Below, piece by piece: positions 40,459 to 51,125 of a stretch of DNA of 64,000 nt. The stretch is taken from positions 2,048,001 through 2,112,000 of the forward strand of contig OY782781.1 in the NCBI GenBank assembly GCA_963678315.1, read 5' to 3'. Position 1 is the stretch's first letter. Each line of letters opens with the position of its first letter. The position numbers and the translations under genes were made by a program. The stretch comes from Candidatus Cloacimonadales bacterium (lineage in GTDB: Bacteria; Cloacimonadota; Cloacimonadia; Cloacimonadales; JAFGVF01). The notes below the pieces were generated by a model. That model searched no databases, had not been told where the DNA came from, and worked only from the letters and a program-made list of their open reading frames with translations.

Positions 40459-40771
40459 TGCAATTCTCCTCTTTTTTTACTGCAGCACCAGTAATTGCAA
40501 AATCAGGACATAATCTGTCACATGTTTCACAATGGATACATTTTTCAGGATGAGCAACAAATGGTGATCCATCGGCTTTTCGTTCTAAGCAACCTGTAGG
40601 ACAAAATTCAACACAAATACCGCATTTTTTACACCAGTTATAATAGATGTATACAGGTGAATCAAAATCACCAGCAGTTTTTACTTCATTATACTCCACT
40701 TCCATTTTTTCAGGAGTATCGTTTTCATGGATTATCGTTCCTACTCGATCTCTTTCAACTTTTTCGGACAT
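40451..40771 (-). CDS. korD: 2[4Fe-4S] ferredoxin, delta subunit
   Basis: CKKCGICVEFCP and CIHCETCDRLCP. Confidence 0.88.
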   Translation of the reverse strand: MSEKVERDRVGTIIHENDTPEKMEVEYNEVKTAGDFDSPVYIYYNWCKKCGICVEFCPTGCLERKADGSPFVAHPEKCIHCETCDRLCPDFAITGAAVKKEENCNE

Positions 40772-40837
40772 CACTTCCTCCAGTTCTTTTTTATACTATT
40801 ATATTTTACATTGATATTTTTATCAAGTTATTTATTT

Positions 40838-41593
40838 TTATTGATTTAAGAAAAACTTTTTAGCATTTCTATAAGTCATTTCTGCAATCTGTTTAGGACT
40901 CTGCATGCGTATCCTTGATATTTCATGAACAATTTCAGGAATATAGTAGGGCGCATTTCTTTTACCTCTATAAGGAACAGGAGTCAAGTATGGACAATCT
41001 GTTTCAACAAAGAAGCTATCATCAGGTAACATTCTAACTACATCTTTCAAATCAAAGGCATTTTTATAGGTTACTACCCCAGTAATAGATATCTTCCAAT
41101 TTTCTTGAAGGATTTTTTCAGCGTATACCACATCTCCAGAATAACAATGATAAACAACATTTTTAGGTTTATGATTTTTTAGAATATCTAAGCAATCTTC
41201 ATGTGCTTCTCTATCATGAATTACAATTGGTAGATTAAGTTTTATTGCTAACTCTATTTGCTTGTTGAATGCATTAATTTGATCTTTTTTAGCTGAATGA
41301 TTACGATAATAGTCTAGTCCTATCTCACCAATAGCAACAACTTTTGGATGCTTTGCCATCTTTTCTATAGCTTGTTCATTATAAGAACTAGCTTCGTGTG
41401 GATGGTATCCAACTGTTGCATAGATAAAATCATATTGATCAGCTAAATCAATTGACTTCTGAGAAGTTACTTCATCGCAACCTATGTTAATAATTTTATT
41501 AACACCATACTTTAAACATTTCTGTATTACTTGATCTCGATCCTTGTTAAACTCTTTAGAATCAAGATGTGCATGAGTTTCAAATATTTCCAT
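40838..41593 (-). CDS. tatD: TatD family hydrolase/DNase
   Basis: ETHAHL, GYHPH, AIGEIGLDY, IHDREA, HCYSG, ETDCPYL. Confidence 0.92.
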   Translation of the reverse strand: MEIFETHAHLDSKEFNKDRDQVIQKCLKYGVNKIINIGCDEVTSQKSIDLADQYDFIYATVGYHPHEASSYNEQAIEKMAKHPKVVAIGEIGLDYYRNHSAKKDQINAFNKQIELAIKLNLPIVIHDREAHEDCLDILKNHKPKNVVYHCYSGDVVYAEKILQENWKISITGVVTYKNAFDLKDVVRMLPDDSFFVETDCPYLTPVPYRGKRNAPYYIPEIVHEISRIRMQSPKQIAEMTYRNAKKFFLNQ

Positions 41594-41821
41594 TTTCTCC
41601 TCATTTCGCTTATAGCAAAATTATTGTTACAACTCTTGTCAAAACTAGTTTAATGTCAATAGCAAATGTAAAAAATATTTCTTTTAAGTTTGGACAAATA
41701 ATTGCATATACAATAAACCTTTTGAATTTTAATTTTATAGTGCTTTCTTTCCCTGCTTTAAAGTTGCTAGATAGAGTAATTTAAGTTATTATATGAATAA
41801 AACTATAAAGGAGTTTATATT

Positions 41822-42448
41822 ATGAATATTTTAATTGTTAAATATCTTCCTTCTGGGGAATTCTCAAATTCTAAGAAGCTTTATGATTATTTTTTGGCTA
41901 ATGTTATTGAGTCAGAAATACATGAAGTAGATTTGGTCAATGATCCAATCCCCCACTTTAATCAAGATTCGTTAACAGCATATTATTCTAGAAATTTCTT
42001 AAACAATAAACTAACACCTGAACAAGAATTATTGCTTAAACCTTTTGATGAGATAGCCAACAGAGTAGTTAACTCAGATTTGATTGTCTTTGTATTTCCA
42101 ATGCATAATTTCTCTTTACCTGGGATTGTTAAGTTATACTTCGATGCCTTCATGCAAAAGGGTAAAGTTTATCAAGAAGAAGATGGAAAGTTGATACCCT
42201 TGTTAATTAACAAGAAGGCTTTAGTGCTATATTCTCATGGAGGAGATTATTCACCAGGCACAGCATACGCATCAATGGATATTGTTAGATCACTAATCTT
42301 GCAAGAATTTAGTTTCATGGGGATTTCTAAGAATGAGTTAATCTCATTTGCTACAAATAATAAGGCTGTCTATGAAATCAAATTGGAGGAAGCTCAAAAG
42401 AAGATTTATGATACCTTATTTAATTGGAATATTCTAAAAAAGGAGTAG
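41822..42448 (+). CDS. FMN-dependent NAD(P)H azoreductase/quinone reductase (flavodoxin_2)
   Basis: SNSKKL, FPMHNFSLPGIVKLYFD, SHGGDY. Confidence 0.85.
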   Translation: MNILIVKYLPSGEFSNSKKLYDYFLANVIESEIHEVDLVNDPIPHFNQDSLTAYYSRNFLNNKLTPEQELLLKPFDEIANRVVNSDLIVFVFPMHNFSLPGIVKLYFDAFMQKGKVYQEEDGKLIPLLINKKALVLYSHGGDYSPGTAYASMDIVRSLILQEFSFMGISKNELISFATNNKAVYEIKLEEAQKKIYDTLFNWNILKKE

Positions 42449-43090
42449 GATATCGTCTATTCTAACAAAATTAATGACCAATAACAGCATACCTTGATCA
42501 AAAGTGATAGTCTGCCTATCAGAGTTAGTTTTGTTACTTACTCCACGGGCTGAAGTTGAATAAAGACTTTCATTTTTAAGAGGATAATATAAACCAGATG
42601 TTGTTATACCTTTTACTTCTGAGCTGAATGGTATTAGGGACACTTCTAACCCAACTTTGAGTTTGATTTCAGTACTAGTATTAAGGAAAAGAAGGGCTTG
42701 GTGATTGCTTAGGATCATGGAATGTATTCCTTGTTGATGCAAGTTTGCTAGGGTGGCAATAATTCCTAAGGCATGATCAGTTCTGTTTTGCATATCATTT
42801 ACAATAATTATGGATTTAGAATCTTTATTAATCGCATAATCTACAGCTAATTCTGTATCAGTAAAGTCTTTTTCAGGAGGATGTGAGATTTTCTTAATAT
42901 TGTCCGATGCAAGATATTTATTGTCTAATTTAATTGAATCAAAGTCTCCAATAATAACATCAGGAACTAAATCAATGTTGAAAAGAGTATCTACTCCTCC
43001 ATCAACACCAATGATTGTATCTCCTCTTTTAATTACTCTCTTTAACGTAGCATTAAAATCAGAATTTGTAAATAGAAATGTCCTCTTCAT
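42434..43090 (-). CDS. thiN: Thiamine diphosphokinase
   Basis: GVDGG, IIGDFDSI, EKDFTDTELA, RTDH, GLYYPL, GVSN. Confidence 0.9.
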   Translation of the reverse strand: MKRTFLFTNSDFNATLKRVIKRGDTIIGVDGGVDTLFNIDLVPDVIIGDFDSIKLDNKYLASDNIKKISHPPEKDFTDTELAVDYAINKDSKSIIIVNDMQNRTDHALGIIATLANLHQQGIHSMILSNHQALLFLNTSTEIKLKVGLEVSLIPFSSEVKGITTSGLYYPLKNESLYSTSARGVSNKTNSDRQTITFDQGMLLLVINFVRIDDILLLF

Positions 43091-43947
43091 TAAGCAATTT
43101 TTCTTTTTAAAGATTTTCTATAAGACTTATTAACATACTTCCATGGATTTTTCAACTTTCTATTTCTGGTTACTTCATAATGTAAATGAACACCTGTTGT
43201 AACACCTGTATTACCCATTTCTCCAATTATATCACCAGCTTTAACTATTTCTCCTGCCTTTACTAACCTTTTTGATAAGTGTGCATATCTTGTCTCAAAT
43301 CCACCACTGTGTTTGACCTTGATATATCTACCATAATGTGCATCCCAGCTTGACTTAATCACAATACCATCTGCTGTTGCATAGATTGGTGTACCAATAT
43401 CGTTAGCGATATCTATACCTTTATGGAAGATTCTCCTTTTATATACAGGATGTTTTCTATATCCATAACCAGAAGTAACAACGCCAAAAGTTGGAGAAAT
43501 GTTTGGTTCTTCATCAAGAGATTTAATGTAGAAGTCATAGTTGCCATGACCTATTTCATTATAAAGAACTACTTTTCTTGAATTGTTCTTTAAATTATCA
43601 ATAATCTTATCAATTTCAACTAGAGCTAGTTGTCCATTTTTATTACTATTAATAATTTCATTGAAAGTTAAGATTGAATCTGGGTATGTTAACTCATATT
43701 CCCCAGTATCATACTCCTCATGAAAACTCTTAATTGAATCTAACGATGTTTGAATTCTTTCAATAATCTGTTCATTTAGATTATTAAGCGAATCAATTTT
43801 CGTTTGAGCGACATTAAAATCTCTTTTATAATGATTATTATCTTTTATATACCTAATAGCATAGTAACTTACAGTTATATTTGCTAAGACAAAAACAATA
43901 ATCATTATCATATATATAATTGGTATATTTATACTTACTTTTTTCAT
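43090..43947 (-). CDS. M23 family peptidoglycan endopeptidase
   Basis: N-terminal TM, HKGID, YAHL, STG-like TTGVHLHYEV; alternative TTG start at 43971. Confidence 0.88.
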   Translation of the reverse strand: MKKVSINIPIIYMIMIIVFVLANITVSYYAIRYIKDNNHYKRDFNVAQTKIDSLNNLNEQIIERIQTSLDSIKSFHEEYDTGEYELTYPDSILTFNEIINSNKNGQLALVEIDKIIDNLKNNSRKVVLYNEIGHGNYDFYIKSLDEEPNISPTFGVVTSGYGYRKHPVYKRRIFHKGIDIANDIGTPIYATADGIVIKSSWDAHYGRYIKVKHSGGFETRYAHLSKRLVKAGEIVKAGDIIGEMGNTGVTTGVHLHYEVTRNRKLKNPWKYVNKSYRKSLKRKIA

Positions 43948-44129
43948 ATATTCTTCTTTATTTTTATTCAATTTTATAATTTCTTAACATTAATGGATTT
44001 AGTCAATACTTTTTTTTAAAATGTCAGGCACCCCTTTATATTTATATTAGAAACTGATTCGACTGAAAGCTTATGATTCTGGCCAATGTGTCCGATATTT
44101 AATCAATATTATTAAGAAAACACTCGACA

Positions 44130-44178
44130 CTTAAGGACCTCTTTGAAAAAAAGCCAAATTTTCAAGGAGGCAAGTAAG
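44130..44178. repeat. Dispersed ~50-bp palindromic element, copy 4 (TGAA subtype, opposite orientation)
   Basis: CTTAAGGACCTCTTTGAAAAAAAGCCAAATTTTCAAGGAGGCAAGTAAG; loop is the reverse complement of the loop in copies 3 and 5. Confidence 0.8.
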
Positions 44179-44551
44179 GACGGAGTTAGCTGTTACTGGG
44201 AACGTTTTGACTTTAGACAGATTTCTGCCGGATAGCTGGCAAAGATGGGTTAGGTATAGTAGCACAGACATTTTGTCTACTAAATGAAAACTTCAGTCAG
44301 ACTTTGATGGAAGCACAATTGAGAAGGATTGATTCAATTAAAGAATCAATATCGAAAGAAAAAGAAAGTCTCTTGCTTTTACATAATTTAGAAAGTTTTC
44401 AGTTGAAAGCACCTTCGATAATGATATTTTACATTGTGATAAAGTATGTAGTGCTGTTTTTTTTAATATTTAATTATCAATGTATATTGTTGTAAAAAAG
44501 TTATTTACTAAATTGGCAAAAGTTTATTTAAAATTAATATAAAAAAAACTA

Positions 44552-44580
44552 TTGACACAAAAAGGAGATTCAAATAAAAA
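44552..44580 (+). promoter_or_regulatory. Putative sigma70 promoter of the tRNA operon
   Basis: TTGACA-N17-TAAAAA with an A/T-rich UP-like region. Confidence 0.55.
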
Positions 44581-44628
44581 GATACAACATCACTTGAGAT
44601 GTTAGATATTTGAAGAATTAACCTTAGT

Positions 44629-44705
44629 GGGGGTGTAGTTCAGTTGGTTAGAACGTCTGCCTGTCACGCAGAAGGTCGCGAGTTCGAGTCCCGTCACTCC
44701 CGCCA
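44629..44705 (+). tRNA. tRNA-Asp(GTC) copy 1
   Basis: 77 nt cloverleaf, anticodon loop CTGTCAC, TTCGAGT, G73, encoded CCA. Confidence 0.97.
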
Positions 44706-44751
44706 TTTCATTAAGGTTTAACATAAATTATTAGATAAAGATACCCGAGTT

Positions 44752-44828
44752 GGGGGTGTAGTTCAGTTGGTTAGAACGTCTGCCTGTCACGCAGAAGGTC
44801 GCGAGTTCGAGTCCCGTCACTCCCGCCA
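44752..44828 (+). tRNA. tRNA-Asp(GTC) copy 2
   Basis: Identical to copy 1. Confidence 0.97.
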
Positions 44829-44863
44829 TTTCTTTATTTAGATAATAACTTTTTTAAACACCT

Positions 44864-44940
44864 GGGGGTGTAGTTCAGTTGGTTAGAACGTCTGCCTGTC
44901 ACGCAGAAGGTCGCGAGTTCGAGTCCCGTCACTCCCGCCA
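44864..44940 (+). tRNA. tRNA-Asp(GTC) copy 3
   Basis: Identical to copy 1. Confidence 0.97.
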
Positions 44941-44944
44941 TTTT

Positions 44945-44969
44945 AGCCGTTTCTTAAAACGGCTTTTTT
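44945..44969 (+). terminator. Terminator after the tRNA cluster
   Basis: AGCCGTTT-CTTA-AAACGGCT followed by a T-run. Confidence 0.85.
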
Positions 44970-44976
44970 AATATCT

Positions 44977-46206
44977 ATGAATTTATATAAAATCTTTTAT
45001 GTTCCATTATTAAATGCAGTTGGATTTATATCTTTACCTTTCTTGTATATGTTTAAGAATACTAGAGAGCGATTAGGACTAAATTATCCAAAATTAAGAG
45101 AATCTCTTTGGATTCATGCTTCTTCAGTTGGGGAAATAAATGGAGCTAAACCTCTCATTAAGAAGATACAAAAAGATTCACCCAACATACAAATTGTCAT
45201 CACAACAATGACTTATACCGGTAAAACTGTAGCAGAAAAAATATCACCAAAGATTGTTGTTAGAATAATCCCTTTAGATTTCCCTTTTCTTATTAGATCT
45301 ATTTTAAAGAAAATAAATCCAGACTTGTTAATAATTATTGAAACTGAGATATGGCCAGCAATGATTAATGAATCTGCTAATCATGGTACAAAGATTGTTT
45401 TTTCTAATGCTCGTTTATCAGATAAATCTTATCCAAAATATTTTAAAATAAAAAGATTTTTAAAGTCTATAATTAATTCTACTGATTTAGTTATTAGTCA
45501 ATCCGTTAAAGACTCTAAAAGATTTACAGAAATAGGTTTTAAAAAAGTAATTTCAGCTGGGAATTTGAAGTTTGCTATTGATTTACCAGAGATAAACAAA
45601 AATGCAGTATCATCCAAATTTAAGGTAAATGACCAGCACATTGTAATTACTTTCGGAAGTTCAAGACCAGGAGAAGAAGAACTTATTATAAAATGCTTCT
45701 CTGAACTTAGTAAAGACTATTCTTCATTACGACTGATAATTGTTCCAAGACATTTAAGCAGACTTGCTGAACTTTCTTCTATGATAAAAAATTATGATAT
45801 TGGATTATATTCAAAAGACCAATTAGATAAAAAAATTCTTATTATTGATGAAATGGGTATTCTTACACAGCTCTATTCTATTTCTGATATCACTCTTGTT
45901 GGGGGAAGCTTCTTTGATTTCGGAGGTCATAATCCTTTAGAGCCTGCTTTCTATTCAAAAGCAATAATCATGGGAAAATATCATAATTCTTGCCAAGCTA
46001 GTGTAAATGAGTTAAAAAAGAACAATGGAATTATAATTTCAGAAGCGGTTAATTTGAAAGATAACTTGCAAGAATTAATTGTTAATGAAGATTTGAGAAA
46101 AACTCTTGGATTAAATGCTAAAAGGACATTGCTTGAAAACGCTAATGCTCTTGAAACTAATTCTAATGAAATAGAAAAATATATAAAAAATAAAAATAAT
46201 GATTAA
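44977..46206 (+). CDS. waaA: 3-deoxy-D-manno-octulosonic acid (Kdo) transferase
   Basis: WIHASSVGE, IETEIWP, NARLSDKS, GNLKF, VPRH, GGHNPLEPA. Confidence 0.92.
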   Translation: MNLYKIFYVPLLNAVGFISLPFLYMFKNTRERLGLNYPKLRESLWIHASSVGEINGAKPLIKKIQKDSPNIQIVITTMTYTGKTVAEKISPKIVVRIIPLDFPFLIRSILKKINPDLLIIIETEIWPAMINESANHGTKIVFSNARLSDKSYPKYFKIKRFLKSIINSTDLVISQSVKDSKRFTEIGFKKVISAGNLKFAIDLPEINKNAVSSKFKVNDQHIVITFGSSRPGEEELIIKCFSELSKDYSSLRLIIVPRHLSRLAELSSMIKNYDIGLYSKDQLDKKILIIDEMGILTQLYSISDITLVGGSFFDFGGHNPLEPAFYSKAIIMGKYHNSCQASVNELKKNNGIIISEAVNLKDNLQELIVNEDLRKTLGLNAKRTLLENANALETNSNEIEKYIKNKNND

Positions 46207-46579
46207 ATATAAAAAATACCTTAAATTATATAGCAAATCTGATATCTTTCTTATAATTATATTAGTGATTGTTTCCATAAGCTATTATTTCATATTTTCG
46301 CAAAAGCAAGGTAATAATGTGTCAGTTTATCTAAATAATGAGTTAATAGGCAAATACTCTTTAGATAATAATCAAGAAATAGTAATAAAAGATAATGAGA
46401 TTATTGTAGAAATTAATGAAGGGAAAGCTAGGTTTAAAAAAAATAATTGCAAGAATCAATTATGTGTTAAACAGGGATGGAGCAACAATCTACCTATAAT
46501 CTGTTTACCTAATAAACTAGAACTTAGGTTTGATAGTAACGAAAATGACAAGAAATATATTAGGAAAATAATAAAATAA
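46199..46579 (+). CDS. NusG domain II-containing membrane protein
   Basis: N-terminal TM; CKNQLCVKQGW...IICLPNKL motif. Confidence 0.8.
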   Translation: MIKYKKYLKLYSKSDIFLIIILVIVSISYYFIFSQKQGNNVSVYLNNELIGKYSLDNNQEIVIKDNEIIVEINEGKARFKKNNCKNQLCVKQGWSNNLPIICLPNKLELRFDSNENDKKYIRKIIK

Positions 46580-46580
46580 A

Positions 46581-48152
46581 ATGAGTAATCAAAAATTAGC
46601 TAAGAACATTAGCATAATGTCTATAGCAGTGGCTATTAGCCGTGTATTAGGTCTAGTTAGAGACCAAGTTATGGCTTTTTTCTTTGGTGCAACATTCTTT
46701 AATGATGCATTTCAAATTGCCGTAAGTATACCCAACCTTTTAAGATTACTCTTCGGAGAAGGTGCATTGTCTGCAGCCTTTATTCCCTTATACGACAAAG
46801 AAGGGATAGAAAATGGGAAAAAAGCTCAGATTAAATTTGCTCTTAATATGCTTTCTATATTAACATTATTCCTGCTTTTATTGACGATAATAGGGATTGC
46901 TTTCGCACCATTGATAGTAAAATTAGTTTCTGGAGGATTACCTAAAGAGACATCTTTACTAACAATTAAACTTTGTAGAATAACCTTTCCTTACTTATTC
47001 TTTATTGGATTATCTTCCACTATGATTGCAATATTAAACTCACATAACAAATTCTTTATGACTGGCTTGTCTTCTGGTCTATATAATATCGGAATAATTA
47101 TGTCAGTGACAATACCTTACTTCCTATATAAATTACCTCAGAGTTCACTTATATACTGGGCAGCTTCCGGGGTATTTGTAGGTGGATTCTTGCAAACGAT
47201 AATCAATCTACCATTCTTAAGAAAAGTAGGATACAATTTAAAGCTAACTTTTTCTATATCTGGTAAAAACATGAAAGTTTTATGGCAGAAGTTTCTACCT
47301 GGAGCGATAGGGATAGGTGTTCGTCAGATAAACCTTCTAGCCGATGTTTACGTTGCTAGCTTTTTACCATTAGGGTCTATTACTTGTTTGCGTTATGGTG
47401 CTAGGTTAATGCAACTCCCACTTGGAATATTTGGTGTTGCAACAGGTACCGCTGTTCTTCCTGAGTTTTCTAATTTAATCAATCTTAAGAAATGGGATGA
47501 CCTTGGTGAAAGAATCAGATTTGCTATGTTATCATTGATTTATATAATGATTCCTATTACTTTCTTTTTAGGCTCAATAGGAAAGGATTTTATAAGGCTG
47601 TTATTCCAAAGAGGGTCCTTCGATGAGACTGCGACAACACTTACTTATCAAGCATTCTTGTTTTACATAACAGGCTTAATATTCTACTCATTGAATAAAA
47701 TTATTACACCTTTGTTTTTTGCTGCTGGGGATACAAAAACACCTGTAAAAATATCATCTTTGATGGTAATTCTAAATATTGTTTTAAATGTGTCATTACT
47801 GCTTGTATTAAAGCACATTGGTATAGCTTTAGCTACTTCCCTTACTGCTTTAATTCAGTTTGTTATACTCTTTGTCTTAATAAGAAAGAAACTCCCTTAT
47901 GTAAAAATAAAAAGTATGAAGATAAATATTATCAAGATTACTTCAATTTCATTAATAATATTTGCTTTTAACCTATTGGTAAATTATATTTTAAATAGTT
48001 CAGATACGTTTACTTCTATTGTAAGATTTGCTATAAATGGTGTAATATTTGCCTTGATTCTAGTCGTTGGAGCTGTAGTTACAAAGTTGGAATATTCTGA
48101 AATTATAATTAATAAGCTTAGATTGAACAAGTTTCTTAGAAAGCTCAAATGA
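46581..48152 (+). CDS. murJ: Lipid II flippase MurJ
   Basis: SRVLGLVRD, PNLLRLLFGEGALSAAFIP, RLMQLPLG, DTKTPV. Confidence 0.94.
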   Translation: MSNQKLAKNISIMSIAVAISRVLGLVRDQVMAFFFGATFFNDAFQIAVSIPNLLRLLFGEGALSAAFIPLYDKEGIENGKKAQIKFALNMLSILTLFLLLLTIIGIAFAPLIVKLVSGGLPKETSLLTIKLCRITFPYLFFIGLSSTMIAILNSHNKFFMTGLSSGLYNIGIIMSVTIPYFLYKLPQSSLIYWAASGVFVGGFLQTIINLPFLRKVGYNLKLTFSISGKNMKVLWQKFLPGAIGIGVRQINLLADVYVASFLPLGSITCLRYGARLMQLPLGIFGVATGTAVLPEFSNLINLKKWDDLGERIRFAMLSLIYIMIPITFFLGSIGKDFIRLLFQRGSFDETATTLTYQAFLFYITGLIFYSLNKIITPLFFAAGDTKTPVKISSLMVILNIVLNVSLLLVLKHIGIALATSLTALIQFVILFVLIRKKLPYVKIKSMKINIIKITSISLIIFAFNLLVNYILNSSDTFTSIVRFAINGVIFALILVVGAVVTKLEYSEIIINKLRLNKFLRKLK

Positions 48153-48248
48153 TGACTGATAAGAAAGGTATAGCATCTAAATTAAAAAATTTATTTACAA
48201 AATAATAAGCTTATAAAATATGTCTAACAAATTACTTTTGGAGATGAA

Positions 48249-48608
48249 ATGTTAAGATCTTTTTTAATCTCAAAAATTCACAGAGCAACTGTGACTCAAA
48301 CAGATTTAGATTATGTAGGAAGTATCACAATTGATACAAAGCTCTTAGAAGCAACTGGTATATTGCTTAATGAAGAAGTTTATATATACAACATTAATAA
48401 TGGGAAACGCTTTTCTACTTATGTGATTCCTGGTGAATATGGTTCAGGTATAATTGGAGTTAATGGTGCTGCAGCTCACATGGTTGAGCTCGGTGATAAA
48501 GTTATCATAGTCAATTATGGAATGCTTTCAGCAGATGAAATCGAAAACCACCAACCAACAGTAATAGTTGTTGATGACAATAACTCCCCTATTCCTTTGG
48601 AAAAATAA
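48249..48608 (+). CDS. panD: Aspartate 1-decarboxylase
   Basis: KIHRATVT, YVGSITID (G-S autocleavage site), NGAAA. Confidence 0.96.
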   Translation: MLRSFLISKIHRATVTQTDLDYVGSITIDTKLLEATGILLNEEVYIYNINNGKRFSTYVIPGEYGSGIIGVNGAAAHMVELGDKVIIVNYGMLSADEIENHQPTVIVVDDNNSPIPLEK

Positions 48609-49444
48609 TGCGAGTAATTGAAACTGTTTCAGAAATGCTCCATATATCCTCTCAGTGGGATAACAATCAAGTTATTGGCTTTGTACCAACTATGGGGGCA
48701 CTTCACCAAGGTCATCTTGCTTTAGTTAAAGAATCCAAAAAACAAAGTGATTTAACTATTGTTTCTATATATGTAAATCCTTCTCAGTTTGGACCTAATG
48801 AAGATTTTGATAAATATCCTAAAACTTTTGAAGCAGATAGCAAGCTTTTAGAAGCTCTTGATGTAGACTATATCTTTTTGCCAAACGATAAGGAAATGTA
48901 TCCTCAAGGATATAATACTTGGGTTGAAGTTAACGAACTTACTTCAGTTTTATGTGGTGCTAAGCGTCCTGGACACTTTAGAGGTGTTTGCACAATTGTT
49001 CTAAAGCTAGTTAATATAGTAAGACCTAGTTTAATGTTTATGGGTGAAAAAGACTTTCAACAAGTAGCTGTTCTTAAAACAATGTTGAAAGATTTAAACA
49101 TCTTAACCAAAATTGTAGCCTGTCCAATCGTCAGAGATGTTGATGGATTAGCATTAAGTTCTAGAAATAAATATCTTAATGATTCAGATAGAACAATTGC
49201 TCCTACAATTTATAAAACTCTTCTTAAAGCAAAAGAAGCTTTTTATAACAATGAACTAGATACTTTGGAGCAACTTGCATCTTATGTAGAAAATGAACTA
49301 GACTTGACAAGATTTATAATAGATTATATAGAGATTGTGGATTCTGGTGATTTGAAGCGACGAAAATATATTGAAAAAGGGAACCGCTTACTCATAGCTG
49401 TTTACCTTGGTCAAACACGCTTAATCGACAATATCGAGATTTAA
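48608..49444 (+). CDS. panC: Pantoate-beta-alanine ligase
   Basis: FVPTMGALHQGH, RPGHFRGV, GEKDFQQ, LALSSRN, RLIDN. Confidence 0.96.
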   Translation: MRVIETVSEMLHISSQWDNNQVIGFVPTMGALHQGHLALVKESKKQSDLTIVSIYVNPSQFGPNEDFDKYPKTFEADSKLLEALDVDYIFLPNDKEMYPQGYNTWVEVNELTSVLCGAKRPGHFRGVCTIVLKLVNIVRPSLMFMGEKDFQQVAVLKTMLKDLNILTKIVACPIVRDVDGLALSSRNKYLNDSDRTIAPTIYKTLLKAKEAFYNNELDTLEQLASYVENELDLTRFIIDYIEIVDSGDLKRRKYIEKGNRLLIAVYLGQTRLIDNIEI

Positions 49445-49448
49445 CATA

Positions 49449-49476
49449 ACGCCGGATTTAATTCGGCGTCTTTTTT
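49449..49476 (+). terminator. Terminator after panC
   Basis: ACGCCGGA-TTTAA-TTCGGCGT followed by CTTTTTT. Confidence 0.75.
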
Positions 49477-49498
49477 ATATATAAATAAATTTAATTAA

Positions 49499-50977
<1,479 letters not shown>

Positions 50978-50996
50978 TTAATATATAAATCATTAT

Positions 50997-51033
50997 GAAG
51001 GTTACTTTTGTTTATAAGTAGCCTTCTTTGTTT
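50997..51033 (+). terminator. Terminator after guaB
   Basis: GAAGGTTACTT...AAGTAGCCTTC followed by TTTGTTT. Confidence 0.65.
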
Positions 51034-51078
51034 AATTATATCTTGTTTATTCCATCTAATATCTTTATCAAAGGGCAT

Positions 51079-51106
51079 AAAAAAGAGTGTAGCAATTACT
51101 ACACTC
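51079..51106 (-). terminator. Terminator after the phosphomannomutase gene
   Basis: Minus strand GAGTGTAGT-AATT-GCTACACTC followed by TTTTTT. Confidence 0.75.
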
Positions 51107-51125
51107 ATATTATTTAAGCTAACTT

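Noticed and set aside
44304..44495. 63-aa ORF upstream of the tRNAs
   Set aside because: No recognisable motif or RBS; lies in an AT-rich promoter region.
44629..44976. Genomic island integrated at tRNA-Asp
   Set aside because: All three copies are full length; no partial 3' duplicate or integrase nearby; waaA follows directly.
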